Shown here: one piece after another, positions 1-7,800 of the stretch
Position numbering within the stretch: position 1 is the first letter of the stretch
How the letters are laid out: the number at the start of each line of letters is the position of its first letter
From: Breznakia sp. PF5-3
GTDB lineage: Bacteria; Bacillota_I; Bacilli_A; Erysipelotrichales; Erysipelotrichaceae
Assembly: GCF_029504745.1 (NCBI RefSeq)
Contig: NZ_JAQFIQ010000013.1
Location: forward strand, 1 to 32,000
Reading direction: 5' to 3'
Length of the DNA: 32,000 nt
Program-made: the position numbers and the translations under genes
The notes under the pieces: model-generated
Databases searched by the model: none
What the model was told of the DNA's origin: nothing
What the model saw: only the letters and a program-made list of their open reading frames with translations

Positions 1-679
1 AATGAGCATGAAAGAGTTTGTAGATCCGTTTAGTGAATAAAAGCCTCTTTTAGAGGCCTTAGGAGAAAGGTTGTAACTGTCAGGTATTTAGTAGTTGAAG
101 GACTACACAATAAAAGACCCTTACAGGGTCAGTACATACCACTGATTATATCAGTGGTTATGATACTTTGGTTTTGAAGATGGATAATCTAATATAATTG
201 AAATAGAAAATATATTCTTTAAAGAAGGCGTCCATACAAGTATAGGAAGACGGTTTAAAGTCTAGATATATTTTAGATTTTCATCTATTAATGTTTTGTA
301 TAATAGCATTATCAGCTGGTATGCCAACCCGAGATGTTGATCTTTTTTATCTTATACTCACTCATGCTAGATTATGGGATTTTGAGTAGCAAACGGATTT
401 CTAGTCCGTGTGGTAATAGATAGATGTTTTATACCTGCTTTTTTGATTTTGTCTTGCAATTGGGCAGATAATCAGATAAGGAATTTTAATATTTTGAAGT
501 TAATTATTTAATTGCTTAATGGAGTAATTGGTTAGTATTTGGAAAAATCTGCTGTAATTTCAAATTCAAATAGCGATATAATAAAAACATAATGTAAGAT
601 AGTCAAAAAATAGAGGAGGGAGCCATGAGAATATAAATTATTTACAATTAAACTATCAGCATTAGGAAAGGAGATTTCT

Positions 680-3600
680 ATGAAATCTAAAAAGAAGAGA
701 TTTAAAATTTTGTGTAGTTTACTATCATGTATTACATTATTCGTTTTTTTGAGTGATATATCATTTGCTAATATTGAAGAAGAACCAAACATAATTGATA
801 ATGATTTAGATTATCATCCTTTTTATGACTTTGATCAAGAGCTAATGACAGTAAATGGAATATATGAAGGACTGCCGATCAAGAATTTCAAGGAAGATTT
901 TCCAAAGGATTATATAATTAATATTTATCGAGGGAATAATCAAGTGAATAATGATAATAATGTAATTGAGAAAGATATGATAATTGAAATTATTCACGGA
1001 AATATAAATTATGGACAATTTAATGTTGATAAACTTATTTCTTCAAATATTCAGACACGAGCAAATTCTTTTGGATATACATCGCCATTAAAAAATTTGT
1101 CACCATCTGAAATGACTTCAGGGTATGGATGGAGATATCTTGAAGGATGGGGGAATGATTTTCACAGAGGTGTAGATTTTGGAAGACCACAAAATACAAT
1201 TATAAGAGCAACAAAAGCAGGAACCGTTGTATATAGTGGCTGGGCGATAGGTGGCTCAAATGACGATGGTGGAGGCTATCTAGTTAGGATTGATCATGGA
1301 GGAGGGATTCAGACAGTTTACTGCCATATGAATTCTCAACCGCCTGTTACAAAAAATCAAAATGTGACTCAAGGACAGACAATCGGGTACGTTGGAACAA
1401 CGGGATCTTCAACTGGATATCATTTGCACTATGAGGCGAGAATCAATGGAGTACATACTAATCCTTCTTCATATTTAAGCTATGACGAACCTTCAACTAC
1501 TCCTCCTTATGCAAAACCTAAATTAAGTAATATTAAAGTTTCGAATATAGACCATACAGGATATACGATTACTGCTGATATTTCAAATGTTAAAAATGTT
1601 TCTCATGTTTTAGTAGCTGCTTGGACAAGTTACAACGGTACGGACGATTTAGCTCCTAAAGCAAATTGGCCAAAAGCAACTATAAATGGAAATAAGGTAA
1701 CATACAGGGTAAAAATCAGTGACCATAACTTTGAAGCTGGAGAATATCAAACCCATTTTAATTTATACGAAAAAAATAATACTCAAACTACCATAGTAGC
1801 ACAAAATACAATAATTCCAGGATTATATGATGCTGAAGTAATTGATGCAGATCAAACAGGATATACAGTAAGTGTTAAAATAACAGATCCCAAAAATGCT
1901 CAATATATAGAGTTTCCATCATGGTCATTGTATAATGGACGAGATGACTTAGGTACTTGGCCTAGAGGGACAATCAATGGCGATACGGCAACATATAGAG
2001 TAAACACTAGTGATCATAATGACGAAACAGGGAAATATGAAACTCATATATATTTGCATAGTAAAACTACAACACGATATGTATACCCAAAATCTATGAT
2101 TGCATTAGTACCAGAACTAATAAATATTCAGATAAAAGATGTGAATAGAGATGGATACACGGTAGAAGCAGATGTAGTCAATGTTAATAAATTAAATAAA
2201 GTAATTGTGGCTACATGGACTACCCTAAATGGCCAAGACGACTTAAAACCAAAAAAAGATTGGCCTGAGGCTATAATTGACGGAAGTAAAATTTCTTATA
2301 GAGTAAAAACTAGCAATCATAACAATGAATTAGGAGAATATCAAACCCACTTATATTTTACTGATATTTATGGAGCTGAAACAGGCTATGCAGCATCCAA
2401 TGTAAATGTTAATTTTGTTAATGATATTCAAATAACAGATATTGATCAAACAGGATATACAATAAGTGGAAAAATTGATAATATCGATAATATATCCTCT
2501 ATAAAGTTTCCAACATGGACTTTATATAAAGGACAAGATGATCTTAAAAAGAAAGTTGATTGGCCTGAAGGGACAATAAATGGAAACACAGTAACCTATC
2601 GAGTAAATACAAGCGATCATAACAATGAAGGAGGTAAGTATCAAACTCATATTTACATGTATGATAAAGCTGGAAAAGAGTGGAAAGTGCCAATTTCTGA
2701 AGTAGAAGTACCACAATTTTATGATATAGAAATAAAAGATGTGGATTCTACAGGATATACAGTAAGTGCGAAAATTACAAATAAGGACATGTCTAGTAAG
2801 ATAACAATGCCTGTATGGACAACTAAAGATTGGCAAGACGATTTGATTTGGCATACACCAACAATTAGTGGAAATACACTCACTTATCGAGTGCAAACAA
2901 AGGAGCATAAGAATGAGAGTGGGGAATATCAAACCCATTTATATTATTATGATAAAGAAAATACGATGTATCGATACCAAGTTGAAAATGTATTGGTTCC
3001 AAGCAAACCATCAGTATCAAATATAGATATTATTGATGTCGATCATACGGGATATACACTTGTAGTAACAATTGATAATATGGAAGAAGTATCATCTGTC
3101 ACTTTCCCAACATGGACTCTATATAAAGGACAAGATGATCTTAAAAAGAAAGTTGATTGGCCTGAAGGGACAATAAATGGAAACAAAGTAACTTATCGAG
3201 TAAATACAAGCGATCATAATAATGAAGGAGGTAAGTATCAAACTCATATTTATGTAAATAACATACATGGAAGTTCTACAGCTAAAGCTGTTGATATTGT
3301 AGAAGTACCACAATTTTATGATATAGAGATAAAAGATGTGGATTCTACAGGGTATACGGTGAGTGCTAAAATCACAAACAAGGATATGTTTAGTAAGGTA
3401 ACAATACCTGTGTGGACAACTAAAAATTGGCAAGATGATTTGATATGGCATACACCAACAATAAGTGGAAATACACTCACATATAGAGTACAAGCAAAAG
3501 ACCATAAGAATGAAAGTGGCGAATATCAAACCCATTTATATTATTATGATAAAGAAAATACGATGTATCGATATCAAGTTGAAAATGTAGTGGTTCCAAG

Positions 3601-4213
3601 CAAACCATCCGTATCAAATATAGATATTGTAGATGTTGATCACACAGGATATACAGTTGTAGTAACAATTGATAATATGGAAGAAGTATCATCTATCACT
3701 TTCCCAACATGGACTCTATATAAAGGACAAGATGATCTTAAAAAGAAAATTGATTGGCCTGAAGGGACAATAAATGGAAACAAAGTAACTTATCGAGTAA
3801 ATACAAGCGATCATAATAATGAAGGAGGTAAGTATCAAACTCATATTTATGTAAATAACATACATGGAAGTTCTACAGCTAAAGCTGTTGATATTGTAGA
3901 AGTACCACAATTTTATGATATAGAAATAAAAGATGTGGATTCTACAGGGTATACGGTGAGTGCTAAAATCACAAACAAGGATATGTTTAGTAAGGTAACA
4001 ATACCTGTATGGACAACTAAAAATTGGCAAGATGATTTGATATGGCATACACCAACAATAAGTGGAAATACACTCACATATAGAGTACAAGCAAAAGACC
4101 ATAAGAATGAAAGTGGCGAATATCAAACCCATTTATATTATTATGATAAAGAAAATACGATGTATCGATATCAAGTTGAAAATGTAGTGATACCACTTGT
4201 AAGACTACCCTGA
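680..4213 (+). CDS. Secreted M23 (LytM-type) peptidoglycan endopeptidase followed by nine GBS Bsp-like repeats (1177 aa)
   Basis: SD aaaggag 7 nt upstream of the ATG. N-terminal signal peptide (MKSKKKRFKILCSLLSCITLFVFLSDISFA). Canonical M23 motifs HRGVDF and GYHLHYE. Then 9 units of ~99 aa, each with (D/N)xTGYT ... WT..NGQDDL ... TYRV...H..E.G.Y.TH.Y, matching the GBS Bsp-like repeat pattern. Confidence 0.85.
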   Translation: MKSKKKRFKILCSLLSCITLFVFLSDISFANIEEEPNIIDNDLDYHPFYDFDQELMTVNGIYEGLPIKNFKEDFPKDYIINIYRGNNQVNNDNNVIEKDMIIEIIHGNINYGQFNVDKLISSNIQTRANSFGYTSPLKNLSPSEMTSGYGWRYLEGWGNDFHRGVDFGRPQNTIIRATKAGTVVYSGWAIGGSNDDGGGYLVRIDHGGGIQTVYCHMNSQPPVTKNQNVTQGQTIGYVGTTGSSTGYHLHYEARINGVHTNPSSYLSYDEPSTTPPYAKPKLSNIKVSNIDHTGYTITADISNVKNVSHVLVAAWTSYNGTDDLAPKANWPKATINGNKVTYRVKISDHNFEAGEYQTHFNLYEKNNTQTTIVAQNTIIPGLYDAEVIDADQTGYTVSVKITDPKNAQYIEFPSWSLYNGRDDLGTWPRGTINGDTATYRVNTSDHNDETGKYETHIYLHSKTTTRYVYPKSMIALVPELINIQIKDVNRDGYTVEADVVNVNKLNKVIVATWTTLNGQDDLKPKKDWPEAIIDGSKISYRVKTSNHNNELGEYQTHLYFTDIYGAETGYAASNVNVNFVNDIQITDIDQTGYTISGKIDNIDNISSIKFPTWTLYKGQDDLKKKVDWPEGTINGNTVTYRVNTSDHNNEGGKYQTHIYMYDKAGKEWKVPISEVEVPQFYDIEIKDVDSTGYTVSAKITNKDMSSKITMPVWTTKDWQDDLIWHTPTISGNTLTYRVQTKEHKNESGEYQTHLYYYDKENTMYRYQVENVLVPSKPSVSNIDIIDVDHTGYTLVVTIDNMEEVSSVTFPTWTLYKGQDDLKKKVDWPEGTINGNKVTYRVNTSDHNNEGGKYQTHIYVNNIHGSSTAKAVDIVEVPQFYDIEIKDVDSTGYTVSAKITNKDMFSKVTIPVWTTKNWQDDLIWHTPTISGNTLTYRVQAKDHKNESGEYQTHLYYYDKENTMYRYQVENVVVPSKPSVSNIDIVDVDHTGYTVVVTIDNMEEVSSITFPTWTLYKGQDDLKKKIDWPEGTINGNKVTYRVNTSDHNNEGGKYQTHIYVNNIHGSSTAKAVDIVEVPQFYDIEIKDVDSTGYTVSAKITNKDMFSKVTIPVWTTKNWQDDLIWHTPTISGNTLTYRVQAKDHKNESGEYQTHLYYYDKENTMYRYQVENVVIPLVRLP
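1515..4213 (+). repeat. Coding tandem repeat, ~297-300 bp unit x9. The last six units form a 597-bp higher-order repeat whose last two copies are near-identical.
   Basis: Antisense shadow ORFs recur at 2522, 3119 and 3716 (period 597). The string aagcaaacca occurs at 3001 and 3598. Segment 3121-3180 differs from 3718-3777 by one base. Confidence 0.9.
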
Positions 4214-4295
4214 TTCTAAAATTATAATTAATTATATATTTAAAATAGAAAGTGAAGTAGAAATATTTTTATTTAATCATTAACTATCATAAAAG

Positions 4296-4338
4296 AGATG
4301 AATATACGTTTATAAAATATGATATTCATCTTTTTTTG
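4296..4338 (+). terminator. Rho-independent terminator after the M23 gene
   Basis: Perfect 10-bp stem agatgaatat (4296-4305) / atattcatct (4322-4331), then a T7 run. Confidence 0.75.
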
Positions 4339-4594
4339 TTTGCTATTTAAATATATGTGAGAATTTAGCTACTATATTATTTAATACTATGTACAATATT
4401 AATCTGGCTTATACTTAACCACTGCAAGAAAGAAAAAAATGTTAAAGGATAAACGAAATAATAGAATAAGAATCACTGATTACTGTAAAGTAACCACTTA
4501 AGAATAAGCTAATTCGGATTTTGGAATAGATGTTTAATAAAATCCTTATACTTCTTCTAGGTATCATAGTCCGTTTCTAATGTTCTTTACTTTT

Positions 4595-4645
4595 ACATTC
4601 ATAGATGTGAAAGTTTTCATATCTATGAATGTTGCTGTTTTTCTC
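4595..4645 (+). other. Strong 12-bp hairpin with T-rich tail inside the leader of the second hydrolase gene (terminator or attenuator-like)
   Basis: acattcatagat (4595-4606) pairs perfectly with atctatgaatgt (4621-4632), 14-nt loop, followed by tgctgtttttctc. Confidence 0.45.
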
Positions 4646-4870
4646 ATTAAGGATCTTACATCTAATAAAATATCAATCTTGCTTTTTTATCATCTAATTA
4701 TTTATAGTTCATATGAAGTTCCTTTCCAATGATTGAGCTTCTTTTATTATATGAAAAATCGTAACGAAGTGAGAGTAGTAAACTGTCTTTTTCTTAATAG
4801 CAAAACGTAGGGATAGAATATTATTAAAAATAATGTTAGAATTATAGCGTATATGAAAAGAGAGGATACT

Positions 4871-7800
4871 ATGAAGAAAAAAATTCTTACCGTCTTGGCT
4901 TTTTCACTGTGTTTGACATTTTTTTCAGGTATTGATACTAATATATTAAAAGCTGAAGAAAACACTACAGAAGTTGAAGAAAATCAAGATAATTCAAATA
5001 AAAATGATGAAGGAACGGAGGTATTACCTTTAGATGAATCACAGACTGAAAATGATACGATATCTGAGGAAAATGATGTTACTTCTAAAGAAACAAATGA
5101 TACAAAATCATCAGAACCTATTTATGAAGAGGGCTATTACACTGTAGGTGATAATGGAGAAATTGAATACATTGATTTAACTCCTCCTACTGAAGAAGAT
5201 GATAATGTTAATCAAAAAAACTTGGCAAGAAGCACTGAACTAGGTCTTTTAAAGCTAAGAACAAAGGGATCTGCTTCTTATATTACAAGTTATTCTGATA
5301 TTAATGGAAAATCAGGATATCTTAATGGTTATTATGCTGGAGATGCAGCTTATTTAGGTAATGTCACAGGAGGCGTAAAATTTAAAGTTGCGGGAACAAT
5401 AGGAACAATGGCACCAACAGAAAATCATAATGGAGTGGTGAAAAACAATTATAAAATAGTGCCATTAAGTAATGTTAAATCAGCTAGTTATTATTATGTG
5501 AGTAATGGTTTGTTATATCATCGTGTAGCAGCTGATATTGAAGTTGTTGATTCATATCTTAATACTACAGGGACGCCAATAGGTGTTGCCCCAAGTTATC
5601 TGAGTACAGGAACAAAATATTATAGTTATGATGGACATTACTTTTATACAACACTTCAACAAATGATTAATGATTACAAAGGGAATATTTATGCAAATAG
5701 TGTAAATCCAAACAATGTGTATTATAGTTATTATCAATATTTAAACACAAGAAGTAAAACAACACTGACAGCCAGTGAATTAAATGCAGCAGTTAGGCGT
5801 CATACGAGTTCAGGGGTGATGTTAGATAAATCAAGCTCATTTATTAGTGCACAAAATACAAATGGTGTGAATGCTTTATTAGCTACTGCACATGCGGCTT
5901 TAGAAAGTAATTGGGGTCGTAGTGATATGGCGGTTTCAAAAAATAATATTTTCGGTATCAATGCTGGAGATTTAGATCCTTCAGGCGCTAATAAATTTCC
6001 TTCAGTAGAAAAATGTATAGCTGCATATTCGGAAATGATATCTATTGATTTTTGTGATCCAAAAGATGGATTAGGTCGCTATTTTGGGGGACATTATGGA
6101 GATAAAGCGAGTGGAATTAATGTAAAATATGCCTCAGACCCTTATCTTGGAGAGAAAGTAGGAAGTATTGCACTATCGCTTGATAGTAGTAGAAAAGACT
6201 TAGATTACTATCAACTTGCTGTAAATGAAGGTAACAATTTAGTAGCGGTTAGAAAAGATGCAAGTCAAAGTGCAACGTCTTTGTATACAAATTCTAATAT
6301 AAGAAGTTATCCAGTAATTGTTTTACAAAAAAATGGAAGTTTCCAACAAATTCAAAGTGATGCAGTTTTAAAAAGCGATCGTAGTGGAATTTTGCAAGAT
6401 GTAGCTACATACAATTTTAGTTATATGTATGGTTATGTAGACAGTAGTACTTTTAAAGACATTAATGTAGGTAAAAATGAAATTAATACAGGAATTAAAA
6501 TTGACTCAACTGAGATTCTTGATTCAGATGCAACAGGATTTACAGTAAAAGTGACAACCAGTGGAGGAAATGGACTAAAAAGAGTAAGAATTCCTGTTTG
6601 GACAGATAAGAATTGGCAAGATGATTTGGTTTGGTATGAAGGTGTGGTTAATGGTAATGTGGCTACTTGTCGTGTGGAACTAAAAAATCACAATTATGAA
6701 GAAGGATTATATCATGTACATGCATATGCGTATGATAATGATGATAAAAAATTCATATATAATACAACAACAAATGTAACAAAGCCAAAATTTCAAATTG
6801 ATTCAACCGAAATACTTGATTCAGATGCAACAGGATTCACAGTGAAAGTGACCACAAGTAATGGCAATGGATTGAAGAGAGTAAGAATACCAGTTTGGAC
6901 AGATAAGAATGGACAGGATGATTTGGTTTGGTATGAAGGAATTGTTGTAGGAAACACAGCGACATACCGAGTGAATGTAAAGAATCATAATTATGAAGAT
7001 GGATTATATCATGTACATGCATATGCATATGATAATGATGATAAAAAATTCATATATAATACAACAACCACTGTAAAAATTCCACCATTAAAAATTGATT
7101 CAACTGAGATACTTGATTCGGATGAAACAGGATTTACAGTAAAAGTGACAACCAGTGGAGGAAGTGGATTAACAAGAGTAAGAATACCAGTTTGGACAGA
7201 TAAGAATTGGCAAGATGATTTGGTTTGGTATGAAGGTGTGGTAAAAGGAAACACAGCAACATACCGAGTGAATGTAAAGAACCATAATTATGAAGAAGGA
7301 TTATATCATGTACATGCATATGCATATGATAAAGGGAATCGAAAGTTTATTTATAATACGACAACCAATGTAACCATACCAAAGTTTCAAATTGATTCAA
7401 CTGAAATACTTGATTCAGATGCAACAGGATTCACAGTGAAAGTGACTACAAGTAATGGCAATGGATTGAAGAGAGTAAGAATACCAGTTTGGACAGATAA
7501 GAATTGGCAAGATGATTTGGTTTGGTATGAAGGAATTGTTGTAGGAAACACAGCGACATACCGAGTGGATGTAAAGAATCATAATTATGAAGATGGATTA
7601 TATCATGTACATGCATATGCATATGATAATGATGATAAAAAATTCATATATAATACAACAACCACTGTAAAAATTCCACCATTAAAAATTGATTCAACTG
7701 AGATACTTGATTCGGATGAAACAGGATTTACAGTAAAAGTGACAACCAGTGGAGGAAGTGGATTAACAAGAGTAAGAATACCAGTTTGGACAGATAAGAA

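Noticed and set aside
1-40. 3' end of an upstream CDS entering the window
   Set aside because: Two frames stay open, to 33 and to 40. With at most 13 codons and only a weak 6-bp hairpin (43-57) afterwards, I cannot choose a frame or a product.
60-680. Known riboswitch (c-di-AMP/ydaO, c-di-GMP, T-box) upstream of the M23 hydrolase
   Set aside because: I found hairpins but none of the conserved core sequences I know for these classes. I report the region only as an unexplained leader.
2522-4132. Three 138-aa minus-strand ORFs (2522-2938, 3119-3535, 3716-4132) and the 71-aa ORF at 3477-3692
   Set aside because: They are antisense shadows of the repeat array in the M23 gene. They recur only because the DNA repeats, translate to Cys/Ile/Phe-rich low-complexity sequence, and have no SD.
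532-4965. ORFs 532-792 (-) and 4747-4965 (-), which overlap the starts of the two hydrolase genes
   Set aside because: They overlap the SD and signal-peptide regions of well-supported plus-strand genes, have no SD of their own, and have an AT-rich codon composition typical of noncoding DNA.
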